Shown here: in pieces, positions 1 to 8,856 of the stretch
Position numbering within the stretch: position 1 is the first letter of the stretch
Layout: each line of letters starts with the position of its first letter
Assembly (NCBI GenBank): GCA_018813505.1
Contig: JAHJBM010000011.1
Location: 1-55,620 of the forward strand
Length of the DNA: 55,620 bases
DNA from: Candidatus Micrarchaeota archaeon
Lineage (GTDB): Archaea; Micrarchaeota; Micrarchaeia; Anstonellales; Bilamarchaeaceae
Direction of reading: 5' to 3'
Program-made: the position numbers and the translations under genes
The notes under the pieces: model-generated
Databases searched by the model: none
What the model saw: only the letters and a program-made list of their open reading frames with translations
What the model was told of the DNA's origin: nothing

Positions 1-1164
1 ATAGCGGAAAAACTATATGATAGAAAAACTGCAATCATAACTGCATTCTTATTCATGAGCACTCCTTCACTTCTGTTTTCATCTTCAATTACAATGCTTG
101 AGGCTCTTGCCATATTTTTTATTACTGCAAGCATCTATATGTATCTAAAGGGAAAGCTTGTTTATGGTGCATTTTTTCTTGGTCTTATTATTCTAACAAA
201 ATGGCTCTATGTAATAGCACCGGTTGTATTTTTGGTACTATACTTCCTTATCCCGAGTCAAGTTAAAAAACTCGACTCGAGCTATTCTCATCCACAGAGT
301 AAATCCTCAGGTTCACAAATCGGAAAAACTTACTTGGATGAGAATAAGAAAAAAGAACTCAAAACAGTTGTGCTAAGTTTTGTTGCAGTGCCATTAGCAT
401 TTTTGCTTTACCTAACGTTATCATATTTTTTCGGTAATTTCGATAATGCAATTCTTAATCTCACACTTGATATGTCTCGTCCAGTTCCATCCTTTGATAT
501 CGGAAGAACTGCCGTATTCTTTTTCATGACTCTAGGGTTTACGTTTCCATTGTCATTATTTTTCATATTCTTTCTTTTGAAAGACATGAAACTCATAACT
601 CAAAACATTCATCTTGTTGGCATGGGCGCACTTGCATTCCTCATGCCATTATCTCAATACTATATATTCTGGTATTCTATTATTGCAGTGCCTGCATTTG
701 CATTATTCATAGGTAGAAAAATCGAAGAAGTAGGGGATATAAGATTCTCATCTATTTTGGTAATTTTCATTATGATTGCGAATATTGTTGTATTCGTCTA
801 TTTTCCCTCTATGGATTACAGGCAGGATGCAAAATGGATTGGAGAATTCAGCCATGGAAAAAATGTTACCCTTTATGATTGTGGCAATTTATACTCACAA
901 TGGAAATCAATAAATGAGAGATATCTTGGTACTAACGAATCATATCTGTTATTAGAGCAAAATTATCCAGGAATTCTTTTCTATCGGTTCAATGATACTA
1001 CTGATTATGAAAATCTACATGCGTTGTTTTTGGCAAATAATGATACTATCGGTTGCGATTCAGAATATCTTATTGTTTCTTGTAATATCTCTGTGCCGAA
1101 TTGTTATGTTTTATACTCAGAAAGAAACTCATATCTGATCCATACACTCAATTCTGATTCTTAG
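1..1164 (+). CDS. Polytopic membrane protein, putative GT-C type (ArnT/PMT-like) glycosyltransferase; 5' end cut by window edge
   Basis: Frame 1 is open from nt 1; IAEKLYDRKTAIITAFLF precedes the first Met at 55. There are many predicted TM helices, then a soluble C-terminal domain of about 130 aa rich in N-x-S/T sequons. The family call rests only on topology and resemblance of the N-terminal loop. Confidence 0.4.
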   Translation: MAEKLYDRKTAIITAFLFMSTPSLLFSSSITMLEALAIFFITASIYMYLKGKLVYGAFFLGLIILTKWLYVIAPVVFLVLYFLIPSQVKKLDSSYSHPQSKSSGSQIGKTYLDENKKKELKTVVLSFVAVPLAFLLYLTLSYFFGNFDNAILNLTLDMSRPVPSFDIGRTAVFFFMTLGFTFPLSLFFIFFLLKDMKLITQNIHLVGMGALAFLMPLSQYYIFWYSIIAVPAFALFIGRKIEEVGDIRFSSILVIFIMIANIVVFVYFPSMDYRQDAKWIGEFSHGKNVTLYDCGNLYSQWKSINERYLGTNESYLLLEQNYPGILFYRFNDTTDYENLHALFLANNDTIGCDSEYLIVSCNISVPNCYVLYSERNSYLIHTLNSDS

Positions 1165-1868
1165 CGAATTAGATACTTGTATAAGAACCTCGCACATCTA
1201 TTTTGTTTTGAGATTATCAGGTAGATTGCTATAAATGCAATAATCAATAATGGATAATAAAAAAATGTCACAAGCATAACCATCAAGAATAATACTATAT
1301 AAACAATTCCCACTCTCCTTTTTATTGTATTAAACGTCGGTATTTTGATATTAGAAATCATGAGGAAGCTCAAAACAATTGCAAAACCTAGGATGATTTC
1401 AAATGTGTGGATCTGGGCAACAACCAGTGCACATAATATTATGCTGGTTATAAAAGTCGGAATACCAATAAAATTTTCCTTATCATTTTGAACATTAAAC
1501 TTTGCCAGTCTTATCTCTGTAGCTATTGGTATCAAAATAAAGAATAAATTGAGCGGGAACATATTAGAAAAAAGATTAAATAATAGGAAGAACACCGCGA
1601 CTCCGCTAACTATAAAATCACCAAAAGAATCCAATTCCTTTCCTATTGCTGATTCACAACCTGTTCTTTTTGCTACGAACCCATCCATGAAATCAAAAAC
1701 AAGTCCAAGAAATATGAATCTGGCCGCCAGATCCCAATTGGTTTCAAAGCTCAAATATATGGAAAGAAGTCCGGCAATCATGGAAAATACTGAAAATAGA
1801 TTAGCTAATAGTTCCCATTTCTTTTTTGAATTCTGCAATGGCCGTTTTTCCTCCTTCAATCCTGTCAC
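1161..1868 (-). CDS. pssA: CDP-alcohol phosphatidyltransferase, archaetidylserine synthase-like
   Basis: DGFVAKRTGCESAIGKELDSFGD fits the D-G-x2-A-R/K-x8-G-x3-D-x3-D signature. The protein is multi-TM. It lies immediately downstream of the psd-like gene and overlaps it by 68 nt. Confidence 0.8.
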   Translation of the reverse strand: MTGLKEEKRPLQNSKKKWELLANLFSVFSMIAGLLSIYLSFETNWDLAARFIFLGLVFDFMDGFVAKRTGCESAIGKELDSFGDFIVSGVAVFFLLFNLFSNMFPLNLFFILIPIATEIRLAKFNVQNDKENFIGIPTFITSIILCALVVAQIHTFEIILGFAIVLSFLMISNIKIPTFNTIKRRVGIVYIVLFLMVMLVTFFYYPLLIIAFIAIYLIISKQNRCARFLYKYLIR

Positions 1869-2280
1869 TTTTTTTCACCAATATTATAAATTTTTCAGGA
1901 ATCTCTATCTCAACTCTAGACCCTAAAACTATGTGTCCTATCTCTTGTTTTTGTTTTATTAAGTCTCCTTTTTTCAGATTATTGATAATTCTTCTAAAAA
2001 AGAAGCCAGTCATTTGTCTTACCCTCATTTCTCCATATTCAGTTTTGATCTGAGTTTCTATCGCATTATTCTTTTTACCTGCATGAAGAAAAGCAGGCAT
2101 GTCTGAACCTTTTATTTTTGTTATATCAACTACTTCACCATCCACTGGTGCATACTGTGTGTGATTATCAAGTGGGCCGAGAAATATGCATATGGTCGTT
2201 CTTTCTTTATCTCGTTCTATATCAACAATCTTTCCGGTAGCAGGACTAATAATCACCATATTCTTTACTTCAGTTTCCAT
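1801..2280 (-). CDS. psd: Archaeal-type phosphatidylserine decarboxylase-like proenzyme
   Basis: Small (159 aa) Psd-related sequence. VLGSRVEIEIP sits where the LGS(T/S) self-cleavage motif lies. It is operonic with pssA. Confidence 0.65.
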   Translation of the reverse strand: METEVKNMVIISPATGKIVDIERDKERTTICIFLGPLDNHTQYAPVDGEVVDITKIKGSDMPAFLHAGKKNNAIETQIKTEYGEMRVRQMTGFFFRRIINNLKKGDLIKQKQEIGHIVLGSRVEIEIPEKFIILVKKSDRIEGGKTAIAEFKKEMGTIS

Positions 2281-2335
2281 CTTTTTTTATTGGTTTACAA
2301 TCTTATTTTAAATATGTGCATACTCATTTTTGCTG

Positions 2336-3280
2336 ATGAAAAAATATCTTCAAATGATTCATGAATCATTGTCTAATCAATGGTTATTACTCCTTATGTG
2401 TGTATTTTTTTGTCTTTTTATGATATTCTTTCTTAGGGAAGGGTTCTTCTTTTCTTTATTTACATATACCTCGCAGTGGTTTCCTTTTTTCTTGGTTTTT
2501 ATCATTCCAGCACTCATAATTAATCATGGTAAATTGGAAATCTCAAAATTGGTTGAATTCTTTTTCTATTTTTCTCCATGGTTTCTCGCAGTACTGATTT
2601 ATGAGAACCTGACGGCTTTAACAATCCACATAAACATGCCGCTTGTGGATCTTCAGCTTTATCAGGCGGATATACTGCTTTTTGGAGAAACCCCATCAGT
2701 ATTTTTGCAGAATTTCATTGACCCAACATTGACATATGTGTTGTTTACGACATATGTATTCGTATATATTCTATCTCCTGTATTTCTTGGCGGTTACATA
2801 TTTTTGAAAAAAGGAAAAGAAAAATTTTCAGAATATTCACATGCAGTTGTATTGACCATGCTTATTGGTTTTGTTGTCTATTTTATTGTTCCGGGTGTAG
2901 GGCCAGAAGTTTACTTTCCAGACAAATATACTATGGATGTCTATGGGGATACCATTATCCCTCCAGATATCATGAGAGATATTCAAAGATACCCTAAGAA
3001 TGCATTTCCAAGTATGCACACAGCTTTAACCACATTGGCGCTGCTTTTTTCATTTAAAAACGATAAAAAAGCATTTTATCTTTTCCTTATCCCCGTTCTA
3101 TTGCTATGGTTTTCAACCATTTACCTGCGTCAACACTATTTTGTTGATCTGCTGGCAGGTTGGGCACTTGCATTATTAGCTTACAAATATGCACCATCGA
3201 TACATCAAAAAGCAAAGAGTCTTTTCATCAATTATTTTCAGAATTTTAATTCATATACTATTATTGGTACAAAGAAATAA
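2336..3280 (+). CDS. PAP2-superfamily integral membrane protein (PAP2_C, sphingomyelin/IPC-synthase-like phosphotransferase or lipid phosphatase)
   Basis: PSMHTA and RQHYFVDLLAG match the PAP2 S-x-H and H-x3-D motifs. At least 6 TM helices. ATG at 2336 is preferred to the TTG at 2330 used by the ORF track. Confidence 0.65.
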   Translation: MKKYLQMIHESLSNQWLLLLMCVFFCLFMIFFLREGFFFSLFTYTSQWFPFFLVFIIPALIINHGKLEISKLVEFFFYFSPWFLAVLIYENLTALTIHINMPLVDLQLYQADILLFGETPSVFLQNFIDPTLTYVLFTTYVFVYILSPVFLGGYIFLKKGKEKFSEYSHAVVLTMLIGFVVYFIVPGVGPEVYFPDKYTMDVYGDTIIPPDIMRDIQRYPKNAFPSMHTALTTLALLFSFKNDKKAFYLFLIPVLLLWFSTIYLRQHYFVDLLAGWALALLAYKYAPSIHQKAKSLFINYFQNFNSYTIIGTKK

Positions 3281-3894
3281 TAGCCTCTAGCAATTATCTT
3301 TCTTTTTATGTTGAGTTTTTCACAATCTTTTTCAAAGTCAGCATATTTTAATTTCATAATTATCGAGGAGGAGATATAAGCGGTGCCTCCATCTTTTAGG
3401 TACATTTTTAATCCACATATGAACTTTTTCATTATCTCTTTTGAACCTACTATATATGGAAAATTCCAAATTATATAATCATATTTTTCATTTACGCTAT
3501 CGAATACATTTGATAGTACTGTCCTAGCAGTTACTTCATTTCTGTTAAAGTTAATCCCTGCATTATCTATGGCTTTTTTATCTATATCAGTACATGTCCA
3601 AGCTATGCCTTTTGAGCCGACAAGTATTGGAAAAACACCTGTTCCGGTTCCAATCTCCAAGACATTCCCATTCAATCTATCTTTCAAATTTTTGTAAAAA
3701 AATACAGTGTCCTCAGTAGGTGGATGACTGCCAGCGTTTAACAATATTTTTCTCCCATGAAAAATTATGTCGATATCTTTGGCAAAAAGTTTATTTTGCA
3801 TTATCTTGATCAAATTTCCCTGGAATTTTTTATTCATGATATAAAATAACACAAGAATCAAAATTACTGCAATCAATACTATCTCTATCAACAT
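3238..3894 (-). CDS. Membrane-anchored class I SAM-dependent methyltransferase with (N/D)PPY-like motif
   Basis: N-terminal TM helix (MLIEIVLIAVILILVLFYI). Motif I is VLEIGTGTGVF. Motif IV-like IIWNFPY is typical of amino-group N-methyltransferases. The tail overlaps the PAP2 gene by 43 nt. Confidence 0.65.
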   Translation of the reverse strand: MLIEIVLIAVILILVLFYIMNKKFQGNLIKIMQNKLFAKDIDIIFHGRKILLNAGSHPPTEDTVFFYKNLKDRLNGNVLEIGTGTGVFPILVGSKGIAWTCTDIDKKAIDNAGINFNRNEVTARTVLSNVFDSVNEKYDYIIWNFPYIVGSKEIMKKFICGLKMYLKDGGTAYISSSIIMKLKYADFEKDCEKLNIKRKIIARGYYFFVPIIVYELKF

Positions 3895-3897
3895 ATT

Positions 3898-4842
3898 TCA
3901 TCCACCTTTATTTACTTTCTTGTGCGTCCGAGCCTCTACAAAATCAATCATTTTCGAAACACCATAGAGCAATCCCAAACTCGCAAAACTCAAAATCAAA
4001 GCTTCAATCCAGCCGAATTGCAATGGTAAACCTTCTTCAGTATAAATTCCGTAGAATGCCATAGGCACTATAAGCACAGCAAACATCAAAACCCAGTATC
4101 TCAGCGGCTTCCTGCCAAGATATTCAAGATACGCTATACCTGGGTAATTGGATTGTATCTGCCTTACAAGATAAAATACAACCAAAGAAACCAGAACCGA
4201 AAGTGCCATAAATCCGGGTTCAACGCTCATCTTGTATGGGGGCGAAACAACAAACAGCAAAATCGTACATACGGTTGCAAACAAAATCAGTTTCTCTATA
4301 TCCCCCAGCCTTTTCGCAGCAACAATCCCGCCAAGCATAACCGGTAAATAAAATATTGCAGCTCGATACCCTCCAAGATAATGAAGGCTAAAATCAGGTA
4401 GTAAACTAAAGTTTTGCAAAACAAAGTAAATCAAAAACACCAGAAGCATAACTGCAAATATCATAATCTCTGAAAACCCGACCAGTAAAATAGAAACTAA
4501 AAACAAAATCGCACTCAGCATCAATTCATCCATTTCAAAAAATCCGCCTCCTGAAAAAACAGAAAGCAAAATCGCTATGCCTGCGAGCATTCCAAATCTT
4601 TCAATAATATCAAGTACGTATTCTTTCTTTCCTCTCTTACCATGCTTCTCGGCAAAAAACACAATTGACATTCCGCTTGCAAAAAGAAACATGGGAAGAA
4701 CAAGATCTCCTGTATGCAATGAATTAGGTATATTGTGAATCAGCGCATCTGGAAGGCTTCTGCTGAGTCTACAGATGATGGAAAAGAACACCATTAGCAC
4801 TATGGTAACTCCTCTGAAAATATCTATTTCTCTTATTCTCAT
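3898..4842 (-). CDS. Polytopic membrane protein, DUF1624 / heparan-alpha-glucosaminide N-acetyltransferase-like acyltransferase
   Basis: The N-terminus REIDIFRGVTIVLMVFF resembles the R-x-x-D-x-x-RG-hydrophobic start of DUF1624 proteins. About 9 TM helices. It ends 3 nt upstream of the methyltransferase. Confidence 0.5.
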   Translation of the reverse strand: MRIREIDIFRGVTIVLMVFFSIICRLSRSLPDALIHNIPNSLHTGDLVLPMFLFASGMSIVFFAEKHGKRGKKEYVLDIIERFGMLAGIAILLSVFSGGGFFEMDELMLSAILFLVSILLVGFSEIMIFAVMLLVFLIYFVLQNFSLLPDFSLHYLGGYRAAIFYLPVMLGGIVAAKRLGDIEKLILFATVCTILLFVVSPPYKMSVEPGFMALSVLVSLVVFYLVRQIQSNYPGIAYLEYLGRKPLRYWVLMFAVLIVPMAFYGIYTEEGLPLQFGWIEALILSFASLGLLYGVSKMIDFVEARTHKKVNKGG

Positions 4843-4924
4843 CTTTTCTACCTAGCTTCGTAAATCATTGTGTTTATCTTGAAGTGAAAGGATTTAAAGC
4901 GTGATAATCTCATAGGTTTATGGT

Positions 4925-5692
4925 ATGAAACTCAAAATCTTCTATAACAAATCAGTGCACGAAAATGCTGCTTACTATTACGAATTGGCAAAACAATCAA
5001 GGGAAAAGGCAGAAGGTGCCAAGATTGCCATTGAGCAGACCAAAAAAGAGATGAAAGAGTCCAGAACAAAACAAGACAAAACTGATATACGAGTAAAAAG
5101 AGATAAAGCATGGTACGAGAAGTTCAATTATTCATTCACCAGTGAAGGCAAATTGATGATAGGTGGAAGAAGTGCACAGCAGAATGATCAGGTTTTTTCA
5201 AGACACATGGAAACCAATGATCTGTTTTTCCATGCAGATATCCAAGGTGGCTCAGCAGTTATCCTCAAGGGCGGTACAACTGCAACAGAACAAGAATTGA
5301 AGGAAACGGCACAATTCACAGCATCATTCTCAAAAGCTTGGGTAAATGCAAATGCTTCAGTGGATGTTTATGCTGTCAAAAAAGATCAGGTGAGCAAGCA
5401 CGCACAAGGTGGTTTCATACCGACAGGTGCCTTTGCCATTTCTGGTCAAAGAACCTGGTTTCGTGCCACTGCACTTTCCCTTCGTATTGGCATTGACAAA
5501 TCCGGCATTCAACTCATTCCTTCAATCTCAAAATCAAAATTGGAAAAAGAGCTCATTCTTATTCCTTCGAAAAAGGGAAAAACAAAAAGCTCGTTGGCAA
5601 AATCGCTTGCAAAACGCTTTGAAGCCCATCCAGATGATTTCCTTCAATTATTACCAAATGGCAAGAGTGAGACCTGTTTAGTTCAAACCTAA
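4925..5692 (+). CDS. Short NFACT-R_1 (DUF814) domain protein, Rqc2/FbpA-related
   Basis: N-terminal coiled coil followed by NDLFFHADIQGGSAVILKGG, a DUF814-type D-x-W/F-x-H-A-x3-GS-x-V motif. It lacks the long NFACT-N region of full-length archaeal homologues. Confidence 0.6.
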   Translation: MKLKIFYNKSVHENAAYYYELAKQSREKAEGAKIAIEQTKKEMKESRTKQDKTDIRVKRDKAWYEKFNYSFTSEGKLMIGGRSAQQNDQVFSRHMETNDLFFHADIQGGSAVILKGGTTATEQELKETAQFTASFSKAWVNANASVDVYAVKKDQVSKHAQGGFIPTGAFAISGQRTWFRATALSLRIGIDKSGIQLIPSISKSKLEKELILIPSKKGKTKSSLAKSLAKRFEAHPDDFLQLLPNGKSETCLVQT

Positions 5693-5837
5693 TGTGATTT
5701 GCTATAACTCCATACTCTTGTTTGTACTACTATTAAGCGGTCTTTTGATCTCAAGTGTTATTTACTGGAAATTTAGGGAGAAGAAATAACACAGGATAAA
5801 TATAAAACGATTAATCACCATATATCTATTGATTCAG

Positions 5838-8738
5838 ATGGTACAACGGGTTGAGATAACACTAAAAGATCATATTCCTGATACAAACGGGTTAAAATTT
5901 GCTGAAAAAATAAGACAAGTATTTGGCATCAATGTAGTTTGCAGGTTTTTTGAGGCATTTAATCTCGAACAGTCCATCACTTCAGAAGAATTCATAAATT
6001 TAGTTGAAAATGTGCTTATTGATCCATTAAGTCAAAGATATTCGTTAGGTGGTTCTTTGTTCAAACCTCTTTGGCGTATTGAAATCACCAAGTTACCTGG
6101 GATCACAGATAATATCGGCAATACTGCTTCATATACAATATCTGATTCAGTTGGTCTTGATATTCCTATTCATTATTCAAAAGTATATTGTCTTGATGGT
6201 GATCAGGTAAACGAAGTTTTATGTGAAAAAGTAGCTGCAATGATCCACAATCCAGTACTGGAAAGATATGTTGTGCATGCTCCTAATTATGATGCATTAC
6301 CTCTAATTCCAGATGTTGCCAAAAAACAGGATCCTACTGTTGAAAGGATAAGTTTGTGTATGAGCAAGCGAAGATTTGAGCGGCTGATGAAAGAACGCTC
6401 AATGTGTTTGAGTGTAGAAGAATTCCTTGCGATAAAACGACATTTCAAGAAAGAACACGTTATCAAACAAAGAAGAAAAGTTGGTCTTGATACAAGAATC
6501 ACTGATGTTGAATTAGAAATGTTTGCTCAGGCCTGGGGTGAGCATTGTAAACATAAAGTATTCAATGCATTAATCACCTACGAAGAAGAAGGTGAAAAAC
6601 ACGCAATCAATTCTCTGTTCAGTACATTTATACAAGGAGCAACAGATCAGATCAAGAAACCATATGTCCTAAGTGCATTTACAGATAATGGCGGTATCAT
6701 AAAGTTTAATCATGCCTATGATCTGGCAATAAAAGTTGAGTCTTACAATTCATCTTCCGTCATTGATCCATATGGGGGTGCACTTACTGGCATTCTAGGC
6801 GTTCAACGCGACGTTCTTGGTACTGGTCTTGGTGCAACTCCGATAGCTAATATGGATGTACTCTGTTTTGGGGTTCCTGATACGAACCTTGGCGATCTTC
6901 CAAAAGGGGTTATACATCCAAAAGCTATGTATAACGGAGTGGTGGATGGTATTGGGCATGGTGGAAACAAAACTGGCATTCCAACTGTGAGTGGTTCTCT
7001 AATATTTGAAAAAGATTATTTGTGTCGGCCTGTTGTTTACTGCGGTAGTATTGGTATTCTTCCTTCAAAAATACAAGATCATCGCTCATTGGAAAAATCA
7101 ATAAAAAAGGGAGATCTCGTTGTAATAATTGGTGGTAGATCTGGTAAATACCGATTACCTAAAGCCACACTTTCTTCTATGGAATTAGATCGTTCGGTGC
7201 CAAAAAATATTGTTCCTATGGGTGATCCGTTAACCCAAAAAAAGATGATTGATTTTATTATCGAATCAAGAGATCAATTACTATATACTGCAATAACTGA
7301 CAATGACATCGGAGGTATTTCTTCCAGCATGGGGGAACTCGTTCATCTCTCAGGGGGTTGTGAAATATATATTGAAAAATATCCTCTTAATCAAGAAGAA
7401 CTTGCACCTTGGCAAATTCTACTTCTAAATATCCAGGAAAGCATGATCCTAGCAGTCTCACCTGAGAAAATACAAGCACTTATTGACTTGGCAAAAATCC
7501 ATGATATTGACGCTACAGTTATTGGTAAATTTACTGGATCAGGTAAATTCCATGCGCTTTATAACGATCAGACTGTCGCATATATTGATATCAAGTTTAT
7601 GCATGAATGCCTACCTCAAATGAAGCTCAAAGCGAACTGGAAAAAACTTCTTTATCACGAACCAGATATTCCAACTCTTGACTATGGCGAAACCTTATTG
7701 AGGCTATTAACCTCTCCGAATATCACTAGCAAGGAAAATACAATCCGCAAATATGATCATGAGGTAAAGGGAATGAGCGTAATAAAACCAGTTATGATTG
7801 GTCCATCAGATGCAGCAGTTATACGTCCATTTCATAACTCTGAAGAAGGTATCATCATCTCACACGGTATCTGTCCAAAATATGTCCATGGTGGTTATGT
7901 AATGGCATCCCTTGCTTTTGATGAGGCTGTGCGCAATGCAATTGCTGTTGGTGCAAGATTTGGTTATCTTGCGTGCCTTAGCAACTTCTCATGGCCTGAT
8001 CCAGTCAGATCTGAAAAAACACCTGATGGGGAGCAAAAGTTAGGTGTGCTTGTACGTTCATGTATTGCACTCTATGACTGTGCTACTGGTTATAATATAC
8101 CTATAATCTCTGGAAAAGACAGTGTCAAAAATGATTTCTACTTCGATGACAAAAAATACTCGATACCACCGACCCTTCTTATTACAATGGTTGGCAAAAT
8201 TGACAACACACACCGTGCGCTTTGTTCTGAATTCAAGAATTCTGGGGATATGATCTATGTGTTAGGTACTACAACAGAAAGTCTCGGAGGAAGCGAGTTT
8301 TATAAATTATTCTCTGCCATTGGCAACTATCCGCCAGAGCTTAATATTGAGGAAAATGTGCGACTTTACAAAGCAATATCAAAAGCCATAGAAGATGGTT
8401 TTGTGGAATCTGCACATGATATTTCAGATGGTGGTCTGGCAGTTGCTTTTGCTGAATGTGCACTTGGACTTGATATGGCAGCAGATCTTGATATAAGTGC
8501 AATATGCGCTGAAACAGATTCTGTTGAATCACTTTTATTTTCAGAAGGGCCAGGGCGTTTCATCGTGAGTGTGAAAGCTGAAAATTCAGCAAAATTCGAA
8601 GCTGTTATGAAAAGTACCATATGCAAGCTCGCTGGACGTGTCAGAGGCGATAGACGTTTCATTATAAGAAAAGGTGAAAATTTACTTATAAATCTACCAA
8701 TTGAGTCGTTGCGTGAAGCCTATGGCAAAGGTATATAA
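5838..8738 (+). CDS. purL: FGAM synthase-like protein: PurS-like N-domain plus large-PurL-type synthetase domain, no glutaminase domain
   Basis: EHCKHKVFNA (compare the lgPurL motif SEHCRHKIFNA), VDGIGHGGNKTGIPTVSG, and PurM-superfamily repeats. The N-terminal VEITLKDHIPDTNGL is PurS-like. ATG at 5838 is preferred to TTG at 5829. The catalytic signature is divergent (see findings). Confidence 0.7.
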   Translation: MVQRVEITLKDHIPDTNGLKFAEKIRQVFGINVVCRFFEAFNLEQSITSEEFINLVENVLIDPLSQRYSLGGSLFKPLWRIEITKLPGITDNIGNTASYTISDSVGLDIPIHYSKVYCLDGDQVNEVLCEKVAAMIHNPVLERYVVHAPNYDALPLIPDVAKKQDPTVERISLCMSKRRFERLMKERSMCLSVEEFLAIKRHFKKEHVIKQRRKVGLDTRITDVELEMFAQAWGEHCKHKVFNALITYEEEGEKHAINSLFSTFIQGATDQIKKPYVLSAFTDNGGIIKFNHAYDLAIKVESYNSSSVIDPYGGALTGILGVQRDVLGTGLGATPIANMDVLCFGVPDTNLGDLPKGVIHPKAMYNGVVDGIGHGGNKTGIPTVSGSLIFEKDYLCRPVVYCGSIGILPSKIQDHRSLEKSIKKGDLVVIIGGRSGKYRLPKATLSSMELDRSVPKNIVPMGDPLTQKKMIDFIIESRDQLLYTAITDNDIGGISSSMGELVHLSGGCEIYIEKYPLNQEELAPWQILLLNIQESMILAVSPEKIQALIDLAKIHDIDATVIGKFTGSGKFHALYNDQTVAYIDIKFMHECLPQMKLKANWKKLLYHEPDIPTLDYGETLLRLLTSPNITSKENTIRKYDHEVKGMSVIKPVMIGPSDAAVIRPFHNSEEGIIISHGICPKYVHGGYVMASLAFDEAVRNAIAVGARFGYLACLSNFSWPDPVRSEKTPDGEQKLGVLVRSCIALYDCATGYNIPIISGKDSVKNDFYFDDKKYSIPPTLLITMVGKIDNTHRALCSEFKNSGDMIYVLGTTTESLGGSEFYKLFSAIGNYPPELNIEENVRLYKAISKAIEDGFVESAHDISDGGLAVAFAECALGLDMAADLDISAICAETDSVESLLFSEGPGRFIVSVKAENSAKFEAVMKSTICKLAGRVRGDRRFIIRKGENLLINLPIESLREAYGKGI

Positions 8739-8856
8739 CTATCATAATACAGTAAAGAAATTAAAGAAACAAACACAATTCAATTAAATTATCAAATATC
8801 AAATAATTCGGTTGTTTAAATTTGTTCCATTATGGGGTAAATCTGGGGTGTTGCAA

